Source: an uncultured Pseudomonadota bacterium (GTDB lineage: Bacteria > UBA10199 > GCA-002796325 > CAYWXY01). Taken from it: a stretch of DNA of 64,000 nt. Below are positions 26,550-38,277 of the stretch, in pieces (position 1 is the stretch's first letter; every line of letters begins with the position of its first letter). The notes below the pieces were generated by a model. That model made no database searches, was not told where the DNA came from, and saw only the letters and a list, made by a program, of their open reading frames with translations. The stretch covers positions 1,577 to 65,576 of the forward strand of contig CAYWXY010000001.1 in assembly GCA_964462555.1 (NCBI GenBank), read 5' to 3'. The position numbers and the translations under genes were made by a program.

Positions 26550-27854
26550 GTGGGCATGACTAAGTTATCAACTTGGGCGCGGACCAATCTAGTCAAAGTG
26601 GGCGATTTTTTGCCAATCAATCTTGGTCTCGGTAAAGTATGTCCAGCAGTAGATGTGGTTGCTTCCGGGCAAGAAATTGATTCCGGGATCAATATTCTAG
26701 GCGGACAGGCCAATATTGTTGAGGGGATTATTCTTCCTCAGATTCCTGAAGATGAAGCCGCTGGTTTTCTGGAGGCAATCTCCGCATTTGAAGATGCGGC
26801 CTTCGATTACTTTGTCGATATCGATCCGACCAATCCTCTCAAGCCAATCGATATCGGTTGGCAAAATCGTCATCGCATCCAACAAGTTTTAAGTCGTCCT
26901 GGTTTTCAGGCTGCACTCGGTATTTGCGGTTCTTGTTTGGCAACTGCGGTCACGGGACATCTTGTTCCGTATGAAATTGGCGCGCGCATCTTTTCGACCG
27001 CCATGGTTGCGATTCCGCCAACCGATGCACCTAAAGAGGGACTCCTTCGTTACATGGCGGTCTCTCCCGATCTTCGTACTCACTTTACGAATCTAATGAT
27101 TCGTCTTGAACAGGCAATGCGGCGACTTGATCGATTGACACCGGACGATCTTTCATGGTTTGTAATGAAACAACTCGCAAGCCCGGAATTGATGCCATTT
27201 CTCAAGCTGGCCTTTATCGATCTAAAAGATTTGCTCTTCGAACATGATACGCTAACCATCCTTCTCTATAATACCATTCAGAATATTCTCTTTGGTGGCG
27301 ACCGAGACGTTTCAATCTACCGCGTCCACTTCAATATGACGACAATCAATGAGATGGATTCAACGAATCATCACGGGAATGTCTACCTTCGTGTTATTCA
27401 GGCCTGGTTTCAGGAAAAATTTGGAACCATTCACGTGGTTAGGAATCCAGAGCGGACATCATTTGAATTTATTGCACGTCCAGCGCGCCACGTTCGCCAG
27501 GTCATGAACTCTTTTGAAATTGAGGTTCAGCATCGGATCGCAACAGCCACGGGAGTTGATCCTGCGATTGTTGCCGAATTTATTCCGCGTGCAGTTCTCT
27601 CACGGCGAACGTTGACACGCCGAAATCTCTACCGCTACGGTGTTCGGAGCAGTGCTGACATTGTGATGTTTAGAGAGGTCTTGGAGTTTAGTGGCAGGGT
27701 CGATGTTGACGCGCTTGCGGAACTTCCTGAAGAACAACAGCTTCGTGCGGTCCATCGGGTGCGACCTGACATCGATGGTATCGTGAAGACGGGGGACAAG
27801 CGCCTCATTAAGACGCTCTACGCCGTGATGATCAAGGGAATTTCTACGCCGTGA
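26550..27854 (+). pseudogene. N-terminal fragment (434 aa) of a large hypothetical protein, interrupted by a triplicated 26-bp tandem repeat; would fuse in-frame with 27877-29505 if the repeat were single-copy
   Basis: ORF ends ...TLYAVMIKGISTP*; the next ORF begins (M)MIKGITELNAEL; removing 52 bp (two repeat units) restores ...TLYAVMIKGITELNAEL... Confidence 0.6.
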
Positions 27855-27895
27855 TGATCAAGGGAATTTCTACGCCGTGATGATCAAGGGAATTA
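27818..27895 (+). repeat. Three tandem copies of a 26-bp unit CTACGCCGTGATGATCAAGGGAATTT (third copy ends A instead of T) at the junction of two ORFs
   Basis: Directly visible: 27818-27843, 27844-27869, 27870-27895. Confidence 0.9.
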
Positions 27896-29505
27896 CGGAG
27901 CTGAACGCCGAACTCGCGGCCCAGACCACCTTCTTTGAAAAAGAGGTTGGCTTCGGTCAAATAGTCTATCTCGAAACCGAACTTCCCAAGCGGGGAAACC
28001 CCCTCCTTCCGATTTGGCAGCGATATCTTGCGGATCGAACTAATTTTGTTGGCCCCGGCCAATATGATCCGGCCTACTATAATGAAAAATTAAATGATCC
28101 GAGATTCATTGAGACCCTCTTTTTTGATGTGGGCCTTCGAACCGATAATCCAGTCAATTACTATCCGGCAGATGGTCGGTTGGCACCAGAGGTTGATGCG
28201 ATCGTTAAAACAATTCCACCACTCAGGCGTATTCAGGGTCACATGTCTCATCGTCGCCCGGGAAGCGCGGGTGGTGTGATTCAGCGCTTTGAGGCGGCCA
28301 GGAAAAATTTTCTAGCTGTTCCCGAAGGAAAACGTGCAGAGGCCTTGGCCGAGTTGCAAGAGATGGGTAAAGAGCTTCTCGATGCCTTCCGAAACTTCTA
28401 CCGCTGGGCCGTTCGAGATCCGCGAAATCTCTGGACACAAAAACAACACGAGACCTTCTGGGTGAAGCGCGGCGACGGCCTAGAAGAGGTTCCGGCCAAC
28501 TTCTTTGTTCAGGAAGTGGCGCTTGCCGGAAATACGTTCATCATGGAACTTGAGTATGATTCCTTCCGTGCCTATACGGGCGCACATGGTAAACATGACA
28601 TACAAGATAAGGACTTTAACCGTGTTCGCGATGCCGTCTGGTTGGCGGCCGCCGAAATGGATATGCCGATGCCAATTGTTAATCCATCTGGCGGCGACCA
28701 TATCTCGGTCTCTTTTTCGAGCACCAATCTCAACGGAGAAGCGGTTGATCCTGTCGCGTACTCGAAGCTGGTACAAGAGATCATCGTGGAACGGTTCAAG
28801 GATAAGCCATTCCAAGATCTCTTTAAGGTCGATGTTCGCGAGTTCCGTCTCAGCGGAAAAGGCCTAAAACGTCTTGAAGACCCCCATTTCATGGAGCAGA
28901 TGCGCCAAGACTTGAATTTTGCGGCACAGCCGCAACTAACCGCAGTTACGGACCACTACGTTGTTTTGGCCGCTGCGTCGGAGTCACGAGAGGGAGGCGA
29001 AACGACACTAGATATCATTAAGACCTATCTTGCAGAAAATGGGATGGTCGTTGACGGTGAGGCCATGTCGCTCGAGAAGCTTCGCCTCCTGATGTGGAAA
29101 AAAGAGGGGGGAAATCCAGATGAGACAGATTATTGGGTCTTTGGAAAGCTGCAACCCGATGGGTATAAACCCTTTATGAATTTTCTCTCGGTAACGATTG
29201 GTCTCGGCGAACATCGTCCCATTCGGGCCTCTTCTGACGTGGAACTCTTTGCTCAAACGGTTCACCACGCCGGTGCGGCCATGGATAAGGCCAAGACGAC
29301 CGGTTGGCCGGATAAAGGTGAGCTTGCTGATGTTCGGGGAGAGTCTCCGATCCATCGGGTGAAAACCGAAAGCAACTTCAGTAAACCGCTATTCACCCCT
29401 TCTCCAACAACCCTTTTACAAGGGGGGGTCTCATTCCTTATGAAGACGGCCGACGGTTTGGCCCACCGAGCTGTCGATTATCTCGTAGACCGTATTCTCA
29501 GATAA
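27877..29505 (+). pseudogene. C-terminal fragment (542 aa) of the same large hypothetical protein (GTG/ATG start is an artefact of the repeat-induced frameshift)
   Basis: Reading frame is continuous with 26550-27854 after removal of two 26-bp repeat copies; no recognizable domains. Confidence 0.6.
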
Positions 29506-29601
29506 TTTCATTATATTTCTGGCATAGGCAGAATTCGTCAGGCACTCCTTGAAGTGTCCGTTAGGTCATGATATAGAGGCGCAAATAGTGCGGGGGGTAC
29601 T

Positions 29602-29925
29602 ATGTCCGAAAATATTGTCGCAAAGATTCGAAAAGCCGAAGAAGATGCCCAGTCTTTTGTGGACCTGGCAAAGCGTGAATCAAGCGCCGGGATTGCCCAG
29701 GCCAAAAAAGATCTCGAGGCGGCTCATCAGAAGTCTGAAGCAGAATCCCGAGAACATCTCAAAAAGTTTCGAAAATCTAAGGCAGAAAAATACAGAGCCG
29801 AAACAAAACGATTAAGAGATGAAGGTAAGAAGGCAGAGACTGCCTATGCCCAGAATCTGGAAGCGCGCTTTGGTGAGATTAAGGCAAAAATCGAAGAGAT
29901 GATCAGGAAAGAGCTATGTCTATAG
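29602..29925 (+). CDS. V/A-type ATPase peripheral-stalk subunit G/H-like (small coiled-coil protein)
   Basis: 107 aa, Lys/Glu/Ala-rich heptad-like sequence; first gene of the V-type operon. Confidence 0.55.
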   Translation: MSENIVAKIRKAEEDAQSFVDLAKRESSAGIAQAKKDLEAAHQKSEAESREHLKKFRKSKAEKYRAETKRLRDEGKKAETAYAQNLEARFGEIKAKIEEMIRKELCL

Positions 29926-31871
29926 CCCGAATGGAAAAGATTCGAGTCGTCGGCCTCAAGCGTCAGCGCCGACAGATACTCGATCTCTTGCAGTCACTTG
30001 CTGTGCTGCAGGTTGAGGAAGTATGTGATGAGCCGATAACGCTCGAACGCGATATTCACTATGATTCCATGATTACCGATCTTGAATTTGCCATTGATTT
30101 TCTAGAGCCTCATGAAGAAAGCGCCAAGGGTTTTCTTGAGGGGCTAGCGCCCGGCAAGGTTATCGTCGACTATAAAGACGTGAAGGCGCGCGTTGGGAAG
30201 GTTCTCTCCGCTAAGCCGGTAAAGCGGTGTCGCCGGTTGGAATCCGAGCTCGTCAACCTAGACGAACTGGAGCGCAACCTCTCTCGCGAACGAATTCTCC
30301 TGACGCCATGGCAGGATCTTAATGAACCGCTCGAAGATCTTGTAAATATGAAACACGCGACATTTTTCGCAGGCATAATGGGAGAGCTGGAGATTGTACG
30401 GGCCCGCGAGGCCCTGGCCGATCTTCCGGCCGAGATTCAGGTGGTGAGACCGGACAAGAACGGTTCGCTAATTTTGGCCGTCGCTGAAAAAGAAGCGGCT
30501 GAAGAGGTTCAGCAAATTTTGCTGGAGAACGATTATTTACCAATCAAACTACCGGTGAGTCCACGGACGCCCAGCGAAGAGATTGCGAAGATCGATCATT
30601 CGCTGAAGGCGGCCAACGATCGCCGAAACGAAGTTATAGAAATCGCCAAGAAGATTGCTCGCGGCCGCTTCGACCTAATGTTAGCCCACGATTTCTTTAT
30701 GCAGAAGCGTGCAGCACAAAATGCCGAAAAGAAAGTGGCTCTTTCCCCATACACCTTTGTTGTCGAGGGGTGGATTCGGCGAAGAGAGCTTTCAAAAATG
30801 AAAAAAAAGCTACAGGCCTTCTTTCCCGATTCGCTTGTTGTATCAATCGAAGCGAAAGAGGACGAAGAGCCACCGGTGGCGATTGAAAACAGATCGATCG
30901 TTCGCCCATTTGAGTCGGTCACAGGCATCTACGGCCTCCCCTCGTATAAAGAGGTCGATCCGACCCCCCTCCTTTCAACCTTTTTTATCATCTTCTTTGG
31001 GCTCTGTCTTGGAGATGCAGGCTACGGAATCACGTTAGCGTTGGTCTCTTATTTTTTTTACAAAAAGGTCGGGCCGACGAGTGGCGCCAGAAAGCTACTA
31101 AAACTTCTATTCTACGGTGGCATCGCAACATTCATTGCTGGTGTCGTGGCGGGAGGTTGGTTTGGTGTCGAGCCGATCGCCTTTCCAGAGTCGTGGCAAC
31201 CTGCCCGAAATTTTCTCTTAAAGATTCGCATTCTCGACCCTGTCAACAACCCGATCCAGATGCTTCTCGTGGCCCTTTCGTTTGGCATTATTCAGATTGT
31301 CTTTGGTATCTTGATCAGCTTCTATGTCAAGGTGAGGGACGGCCTGATACTCGATGCTATCCTGGATGACCTTCTCTGGATCTATTTTCTCCTCATCCTG
31401 GTTGCCTTCGGCATCCAAAAGGCCGGGGCGATAACGATCAGTCCATATATTGGCAAGATGGTTCTCGGCGGGGTTGTGGCGCTTGTTTTGACGCAGGGAC
31501 GCAAAGAAAAGAATCTGATCTTAAAAATAGGCTCTGGCATCTTGAGCCTCTATAAGACAGTAGGTTATTTGAGCGACACCCTTTCCTACTCGCGTATCTT
31601 GGCGCTCGGTTTGGCCACATCAATCATTGCAATGGTGATTAATATGGTGGCCATCATGACGAAGGATATGATTCCAATTGTGGGATATGTCATCATGATT
31701 CTTGTCCTAATAGGTGGGCATATTTTCAACATTGCAGTGAATGTTTTGGGCTCATTTATCCATTCATCACGGTTGCAATTTGTGGAGTTCTTTTCGAAAT
31801 TTTTGGTGGGTGGCGGAACGGAATTTGACCCGCTTCGTCGCGAAAGTAAATTTGTTGAGATGAAAGAATAA
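29916..31871 (+). CDS. ntpI: V-type ATPase subunit I (a-subunit, membrane stator)
   Basis: 651 aa; hydrophilic N-terminal half and multi-TM C-terminal half with essential Arg in LSYSRILALGLATSIIAMVIN. Confidence 0.88.
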   Translation: MSIARMEKIRVVGLKRQRRQILDLLQSLAVLQVEEVCDEPITLERDIHYDSMITDLEFAIDFLEPHEESAKGFLEGLAPGKVIVDYKDVKARVGKVLSAKPVKRCRRLESELVNLDELERNLSRERILLTPWQDLNEPLEDLVNMKHATFFAGIMGELEIVRAREALADLPAEIQVVRPDKNGSLILAVAEKEAAEEVQQILLENDYLPIKLPVSPRTPSEEIAKIDHSLKAANDRRNEVIEIAKKIARGRFDLMLAHDFFMQKRAAQNAEKKVALSPYTFVVEGWIRRRELSKMKKKLQAFFPDSLVVSIEAKEDEEPPVAIENRSIVRPFESVTGIYGLPSYKEVDPTPLLSTFFIIFFGLCLGDAGYGITLALVSYFFYKKVGPTSGARKLLKLLFYGGIATFIAGVVAGGWFGVEPIAFPESWQPARNFLLKIRILDPVNNPIQMLLVALSFGIIQIVFGILISFYVKVRDGLILDAILDDLLWIYFLLILVAFGIQKAGAITISPYIGKMVLGGVVALVLTQGRKEKNLILKIGSGILSLYKTVGYLSDTLSYSRILALGLATSIIAMVINMVAIMTKDMIPIVGYVIMILVLIGGHIFNIAVNVLGSFIHSSRLQFVEFFSKFLVGGGTEFDPLRRESKFVEMKE

Positions 31872-31883
31872 CGTTTTTATTAA

Positions 31884-32362
<479 letters not shown>

Positions 32363-32363
<1 letters not shown>

Positions 32364-32923
32364 TGTCTCTCGACAATATATTAAAGAGAATCAAAGAACA
32401 GTCCGAGGGTGAGGCATCAGCGATTCGTCAAGGGGCTGAAGACGAAATTGCCAAGATCAATGAGGTTGGGAAAAAAGAGCATGACGCGTTGGATGCGGCC
32501 GTTCGAAAAGAAGAGGCGTCCATCGACACCGAATTGTCGAATGCTATCTTGCTCCCAGCGCGAATGGAGATACGCGGAGCCAAACTCAAGACGAAACAGG
32601 AGATGATCGACCGGGCCTTTAGCGATGCGATTCAGTTTTCAGATGACGACTATCAGCGCGTCCTCGATCATCTTTTTTCTCAGATCCCAAAGGTGACAGA
32701 CGGGACGATTCATCCAGCCGCGGGGAAAGAGGCGATCACAAAGGCCTATATAAAGAGTAAAAAAATCAAGGCCACGGTGGGAGATGCGGTTGATGCACTC
32801 AAGGGTGGTTTTATTCTCAAGAGTGGTCGCGTGGAATATGACTGTTCATTTGATACACTACTTAAAAAACTAAAGGAGCAACTCGAAACGGAGATTGCCC
32901 CGCTTTTTAACGACAATGAGTGA
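32363..32923 (+). CDS. ntpE: V-type ATPase subunit E
   Basis: 186 aa; N-terminal coiled coil with repeated EAxxI/K patterns; operon position. Confidence 0.8.
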
Positions 32924-33692
32924 AAACTATACATATGCTGTGGCGCGAATTCGCGCCCTTGAGGCAAAGATGCTCACTGCAACACAGGTCGGCCGGATGG
33001 TAGAGGCCGCTGATCTGGAACGGGCCTTCTTTGTTCTCAATGAAACAAGTTATGCTGAACATATCTCTGGGTCAGTCAGCCCCTTTAATTTTCATGAAAT
33101 TTTGAAGGCAGAACTCGATTCGGTTCATACCTTTCTGGAATATACGGCCGGAGATGACGACGCCCTTCGAACCTTCTGGCGGAAATACGACTATGGCAAT
33201 GCGAAACTCTTGCTCAGAAGGAGCGAAGAGGATGAAGAGGTGATTTCTGAAAAACTCCTTCATTACGGAAATGTAAAAATCGACCAGTTGACGACGTATA
33301 TCATGAAGGGTGAGGGACGGGTTCCCATCTGGTTAGACCACGCTGTGGGCCGCGCCCTCCTCCGTTTTGAGGAGGAAAAGAAGACGGCCGGGATCGATGA
33401 TGTTTTGGATGAGGCCTACTTTGACGATTTGGCTTTGAGCGGAAATGCCCTGTTAATGCGTCTTGCCAAGCTTTGGAGTGAACGCCCCTTTCCTTTTGAC
33501 TCTGAGGGGGATCGGGCGACAATTGATCTCCTGCGTCAGATTAAACGCAAGGCCTTTGGAATAGAACCATTGATCACATTTTGGCTCGCCAAGGTTTTGG
33601 AGGCACGTTTTATTCGTGTGATCTTGGCGGGGAAGAAACACCATGTGAAGATCGAATTGTTAAAAGAATATGTGAGAGAGACCTATGTCTGA
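32916..33692 (+). CDS. ntpC: V-type ATPase subunit C (d-type)
   Basis: MSENYTYAVARIRALEAKMLT... typical N-terminus of bacterial NtpC/AtpC; operon position. Confidence 0.75.
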   Translation: MSENYTYAVARIRALEAKMLTATQVGRMVEAADLERAFFVLNETSYAEHISGSVSPFNFHEILKAELDSVHTFLEYTAGDDDALRTFWRKYDYGNAKLLLRRSEEDEEVISEKLLHYGNVKIDQLTTYIMKGEGRVPIWLDHAVGRALLRFEEEKKTAGIDDVLDEAYFDDLALSGNALLMRLAKLWSERPFPFDSEGDRATIDLLRQIKRKAFGIEPLITFWLAKVLEARFIRVILAGKKHHVKIELLKEYVRETYV

Positions 33693-33993
33693 TATCGCGA
33701 TGATCGGAAGCATCGATCAAATACAACTCTTTGGCCTTTTGGGGCTGGATTTGTTCCCGGCAGAAAATGCCAGTGAGGCACGGGGGCAGCTAAGCCATTT
33801 AATCGAGGAAAAGAGTCATAAGGTTGTTTTTATCATGGAAGGGCTCGCATGTGAGATGCGAGACGAGATGCGCGAGGCTGAATTTTTGGATGAACCGGTT
33901 GTATCTCCCCTGCCCGACCATATTCGAGAGGTTTGCTATATCGATGATGAATTGCGTCGCCTCAGCAAGTCAGCGATTGGAATGGAAGTTTAA
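33685..33993 (+). CDS. ntpF: V-type ATPase subunit F
   Basis: 102 aa; MSDIAMIGSIDQIQLFGLLGLDLF matches the subunit F N-terminus. Confidence 0.8.
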   Translation: MSDIAMIGSIDQIQLFGLLGLDLFPAENASEARGQLSHLIEEKSHKVVFIMEGLACEMRDEMREAEFLDEPVVSPLPDHIREVCYIDDELRRLSKSAIGMEV

Positions 33994-34000
33994 TGAAAAA

Positions 34001-34112
34001 TACAAATTACAAGCACCAAATCACAAACAAATTCCAATATACAAATTACGAATGTTGTTTGTTTTGGTCATTGTGATTTGTCTATTGTTTGTAATTTGGA
34101 AATTGTAATTTG
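34001..34112. repeat. About 110-nt imperfect palindrome (AC-rich arm / GT-rich arm; CAAATTACAA...TTGTAATTTG) in the ntpF-ntpA intergenic region
   Basis: Arm 34003-34030 pairs with 34085-34112 (24 of 28 bases complementary); repeated CAAAT(T/C)ACAA motifs. Confidence 0.6.
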
Positions 34113-34123
34113 AGATTTTTATA

Positions 34124-35881
34124 TTGGAGACAAATATGGGACAAGAAGGAAAAATCGTACGTGTTGCAGGGCCGCTGGTTGTCGCCGAGGGAATTGAGGG
34201 TGCTCGGATGGCCGACGTTGTGAAGGTCGGTGAGTTAAAGCTCGTGGGAGAAATCATCGAGCTTAAGGGAGATAAGGCCTTCATCCAGGTCTACGAAGAG
34301 ACCGCCGGCATTGGCCCAGGGGATCCGGTCGAGACAACGGGCGAGCCCCTTTCAGTGACACTGGGACCGGGCCTGATATCCTCTATCTACGATGGCATTC
34401 AACGACCACTCAATTTGATTGAGGAAAAATCGGGCGTTTTCATTGCGCGAGGCATTGAGGTTCCATCGGTCGATATGGAAAAGAAGTGGGAATTTAAGGC
34501 AACAGCCAAAAAGGGCGACAAGGTTATTGGCGGCGATATTATTGGTGAGGTTGAAGAAAGTGCGCTGGTTGTCCATAAGATCATGATCCCTGAAGGAATT
34601 GAGGGAGAAATTGAAGAGATTAAATCGGGGAGCTTCAAGGTGTCCGAAGCCATTGCCAAGGTGGGCGGCAAAGAAATTACAATGATTCAAAAGTGGCCCG
34701 TTCGAAAACTTCGTCCCTTCGCAAAGAAACTCCCGGTGATTGAACCCTTAACGACCGGTCAACGAATTATCGATTCGCTCTTTACGCTTGCCAAGGGTGG
34801 AACCGCCGCCATCCCAGGTCCTTTTGGTTCGGGAAAAACGGTGGTTCAGCATCAAATTGCAAAGTGGGCCGATGTTGATATCGTCATCTTTGTCGGTTGC
34901 GGTGAACGTGGAAACGAAATGACCGATGTTCTTCTCGAATTTCCAGAGCTCAAGGATCCGACCAGCGGCAGACCTCTGATTGAACGAACGGTTCTGATTG
35001 CCAACACATCGAATATGCCGATTGCGGCACGTGAGGCGTCGGTCTACACGGGCTCGGCCATCGCCGAATATTTTCGAGATATGGGATATAATGTGGCTTT
35101 GATGGCCGATTCGACATCGCGCTGGGCGGAAGCTCTTCGTGAGATGTCGGGACGCCTTGAGGAGATGCCCGGAGAAGAAGGATATCCAGCCTACCTCGGT
35201 TCGCGTGTGGCTGAATTTTACGAACGCTCCGGTCGCGGTGTTTGCAAGGGAAGTGATGAAAATCGAATTGGAACACTGACGATGATAGGCTCAGTCTCCC
35301 CTGCCGGTGGTGATTTGTCGGACCCGGTGGTTCAAAATACCCTTCGTGTCGTCAAGGTCTTCTGGGGCCTTGATTACAAACTGGCCCACCAGCGACACTT
35401 TCCGGCGATCAATTGGCTCATCAGCTACTCCCTCTACCTCGACAATTTAGAACCGACCTTTCGGGATCAGGTGGATCCGGAATGGAGTCGGACCCGTGCC
35501 GACATGACCCGACTCCTTCAGGAAGAGGCGGAGCTTGAAGAAATCGTTCGACTCGTCGGTCAAGACGCCCTTTCCGATCGCGAACGGCTTATTCTATTTG
35601 TTACGAAATCGATCCGTGAGGATTTTCTCTATCAAAGCGCCTTTGATGACGTTGATCAGTTTTCAACATTTGAAAAACAGTTTCGAATGATGCATCTGTT
35701 GATTGATTTTTATCATCAAGCCCTGAAAACCCTCGAAGGGGGCATTACATTCGATAAGATTCAAAGGCTTAAGAACTTTGTGAAGGTCGCAAAGATGCGT
35801 TTCATACCCAATAACGAGCCCGAAAAGATCGATGAGATTCACAAGGCGTTAATTGCCGAACTCGGAACACTTAGAAAGTAG
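34124..35881 (+). CDS. ntpA: V-type ATPase catalytic subunit A
   Basis: 585 aa; Walker [18 protein letters not shown]; characteristic non-homologous insert region; strong similarity pattern to A subunits. Confidence 0.93.
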   Translation: METNMGQEGKIVRVAGPLVVAEGIEGARMADVVKVGELKLVGEIIELKGDKAFIQVYEETAGIGPGDPVETTGEPLSVTLGPGLISSIYDGIQRPLNLIEEKSGVFIARGIEVPSVDMEKKWEFKATAKKGDKVIGGDIIGEVEESALVVHKIMIPEGIEGEIEEIKSGSFKVSEAIAKVGGKEITMIQKWPVRKLRPFAKKLPVIEPLTTGQRIIDSLFTLAKGGTAAIPGPFGSGKTVVQHQIAKWADVDIVIFVGCGERGNEMTDVLLEFPELKDPTSGRPLIERTVLIANTSNMPIAAREASVYTGSAIAEYFRDMGYNVALMADSTSRWAEALREMSGRLEEMPGEEGYPAYLGSRVAEFYERSGRGVCKGSDENRIGTLTMIGSVSPAGGDLSDPVVQNTLRVVKVFWGLDYKLAHQRHFPAINWLISYSLYLDNLEPTFRDQVDPEWSRTRADMTRLLQEEAELEEIVRLVGQDALSDRERLILFVTKSIREDFLYQSAFDDVDQFSTFEKQFRMMHLLIDFYHQALKTLEGGITFDKIQRLKNFVKVAKMRFIPNNEPEKIDEIHKALIAELGTLRK

Positions 35882-35891
35882 CGAGGAGCAT

Positions 35892-37286
35892 ATGGAGAAG
35901 GTTTACAAAACAACCGTTAGCATTTCCGGCCCACTCATTATGGTGGAGGATGTCGCCGGGGTCAAATACGACGAACTTGTTCAGGTCAAGACGGCGTCCG
36001 GAGAGCTTCGGAATGGCAAGGTCTTAGAGGTGGATCGGGATAAGGCCCTTGTTCAGGTCTTTGAGGGGACCGATAGTCTCGATATCAACAAGACCGAGAT
36101 TCGTTTTCAGGGGCGTGGTCTTCAATTTGGTCTGTCGCCCGATGTCATCGGTCGAACGTTTGATGGCCTCGGCCGCCCGATCGATGGGATGCCGCCATTG
36201 GTTGCCGACAAGAGCCTCGACATTAACGGAAACCCAATTAATCCCTATTCACGCAACTATCCTAATGACTTTATTCAGACCGGAATTTCATCGATCGATG
36301 GCATGAATACACTATCACGTGGTCAAAAGCTTCCGATTTTTTCGGCCTCCGGTCTCCCTCACCCTCGCGTTGCAGCGCAAATAGCTCGGCAGGCAAAGGT
36401 CTTAAAGGGCAAGGGAGAGTTTGCCGTTGTCTTTGCGGCCATGGGCATTACGTTCGAAGAGGCCGAATATTTTATGAGTAGCTTTCGAAAGACCGGCTCG
36501 ATCGAACGGGCTGTCCTCTTTTTGAATTTGGCCAACGATCCGGCCATCGAGCGAATTGCCACGCCAAAGATGGCGCTGACGACAGCCGAATATTTGGCCT
36601 TCGATTTAGGGATGCATGTCCTCGTTATTTTGACCGACATGACCAACTATTGTGAATCACTTCGCGAAGTCTCGGCCGCACGCAAAGAGGTCCCTGGCCG
36701 CCGCGGATATCCCGGTTATCTATATACCGATTTGGCCACAATGTACGAACGGGCCGGTCGAATCAAGGAACGGGAAGGTTCGATCACCATGATTCCCATT
36801 CTCACGATGCCGGAAGATGACAAGACCCACCCCATTCCCGATTTGACAGGGTATATTACAGAGGGGCAGCTCATTTTGTCGCGCGAACTGCATCAGAAGG
36901 GAATCTATCCGCCAATGGATGTGTTGCCATCGCTCTCCAGGCTCAAAGATAAGGGCATTGGGCCCGGGAAGACACGCGAAGATCACCCCGATCTTTCGAA
37001 CCAGCTCTTTGCGGCTTATACGAAGGGGCGCGAGGTACGAGAGCTAGTCGTCATCTTGGGTGAGGAGGCACTCAGCGATCTGGATCAGATCTATCTCAAA
37101 TTTGCTGATGCCTATGAAAAAGAGTTTATCGAACAGGGAGACGATGAACGCTCGATTGAAGACACTCTTGCGATCGGATGGGAACTCATATCGATGATTC
37201 CAGAGGAAGAGCTTCGTCGGATCAAGCCGGAGCTCATTGAGAAATATATGCATAAAAAAGTTGATAGTGCGGAAGTTCAGAAGTGA
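35892..37286 (+). CDS. ntpB: V-type ATPase subunit B
   Basis: About 465 aa; [18 protein letters not shown]...; [21 protein letters not shown] conserved B-subunit motifs. Confidence 0.92.
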   Translation: MEKVYKTTVSISGPLIMVEDVAGVKYDELVQVKTASGELRNGKVLEVDRDKALVQVFEGTDSLDINKTEIRFQGRGLQFGLSPDVIGRTFDGLGRPIDGMPPLVADKSLDINGNPINPYSRNYPNDFIQTGISSIDGMNTLSRGQKLPIFSASGLPHPRVAAQIARQAKVLKGKGEFAVVFAAMGITFEEAEYFMSSFRKTGSIERAVLFLNLANDPAIERIATPKMALTTAEYLAFDLGMHVLVILTDMTNYCESLREVSAARKEVPGRRGYPGYLYTDLATMYERAGRIKEREGSITMIPILTMPEDDKTHPIPDLTGYITEGQLILSRELHQKGIYPPMDVLPSLSRLKDKGIGPGKTREDHPDLSNQLFAAYTKGREVRELVVILGEEALSDLDQIYLKFADAYEKEFIEQGDDERSIEDTLAIGWELISMIPEEELRRIKPELIEKYMHKKVDSAEVQK

Positions 37287-37346
37287 GGAAGTTGATATAA
37301 TAGATGTCATCCTCCGGCGTGACCGGAGGATCCAGGGAGAGAAACA

Positions 37347-37973
37347 GTGGAGATAAGAGTCAGCGCCACACGAATGGAGTTGTTGAAGCTCAAGCGAAAG
37401 CTTGCCTTGGCCCAGCGCGGACATAAGCTTTTGAAGGACAAGCTCGATGGCCTCATTCAGAACTTCATTAAGACTAGCAAGGAACTCCGGACAACATATA
37501 ATGACTTGACCGAAGAGCTGAGCGTCTCGCTGTCTCACGGTATTTTGCTTGCAAAAGAGGTCGACCGGCAGTCATTAACGGCCGCCCTCACCTCCCCCTC
37601 CCTTGATCCAAAGGTGGAGCGTTCAACAAAAAATCTTATGGGTGTTCGTACGCCAAAGCTCGACTTGACGATCGGCGAGGAGTGGCAATCGTTTGGTCCC
37701 ACGTTTTTCTCAGAAAAATTCTTAAAGACGGTTGAGCAATATAAGGATCTCCTGCCCAAGATGCTTTTGATGGCCGAAAAATATAAAACACTTCAGAAAG
37801 TCGGCCGAGAAATCGTCGAAATCAAACGCCGCGTCAATGCCCTCGAATATGTCCTGATCCCGAGCCTCGAAGACAAGGTTCGCTATATCCGAATGAAGCT
37901 CGGTGAGATCGAACGCAGCACGACCGTCGGCCTCCTCAAGATCAAAGAACTCGTCCAATCAAACAGAGGTTAA
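37347..37973 (+). CDS. ntpD: V-type ATPase subunit D (central stalk); GTG start
   Basis: 208 aa; TRMELLKLKRKLALAQRGHKLLKDKLDGL typical NtpD N-terminus. Confidence 0.85.
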   Translation: MEIRVSATRMELLKLKRKLALAQRGHKLLKDKLDGLIQNFIKTSKELRTTYNDLTEELSVSLSHGILLAKEVDRQSLTAALTSPSLDPKVERSTKNLMGVRTPKLDLTIGEEWQSFGPTFFSEKFLKTVEQYKDLLPKMLLMAEKYKTLQKVGREIVEIKRRVNALEYVLIPSLEDKVRYIRMKLGEIERSTTVGLLKIKELVQSNRG

Positions 37974-38277
37974 TCCACCTCCGTAAGTTATATTCATCGA
38001 GGACAGTCGTTCTTCATATAGGTACTCCCTCACACGTCTCCCGCGGCATGAGGCTCCTTCGCAACTTCGAATAAGTCCAGCTTCCGTAAGCTGAGCTCCT
38101 CGGGGACGTCTCCGTTTGGTTGACGTCCCTTTGGGGTGGAGGCCAAACCCCTCCGGGTTGTGAGGAGAGGAAAACTGAGACGGCTTAAAATCGAGCAGCT
38201 GGAGCCGATAATCGAACAGATCTACTTTCCTGACTGGATGAATGGCGTACCGGCTGAGCAGGCCTTTCCGAGTGAGT

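Noticed and set aside
29549-29815. ORF 29549-29815(+)
   Set aside because: Alternate frame overlapping the start of the V-type G/H-like gene, whose frame 29602-29925 has the coiled-coil composition expected from operon context
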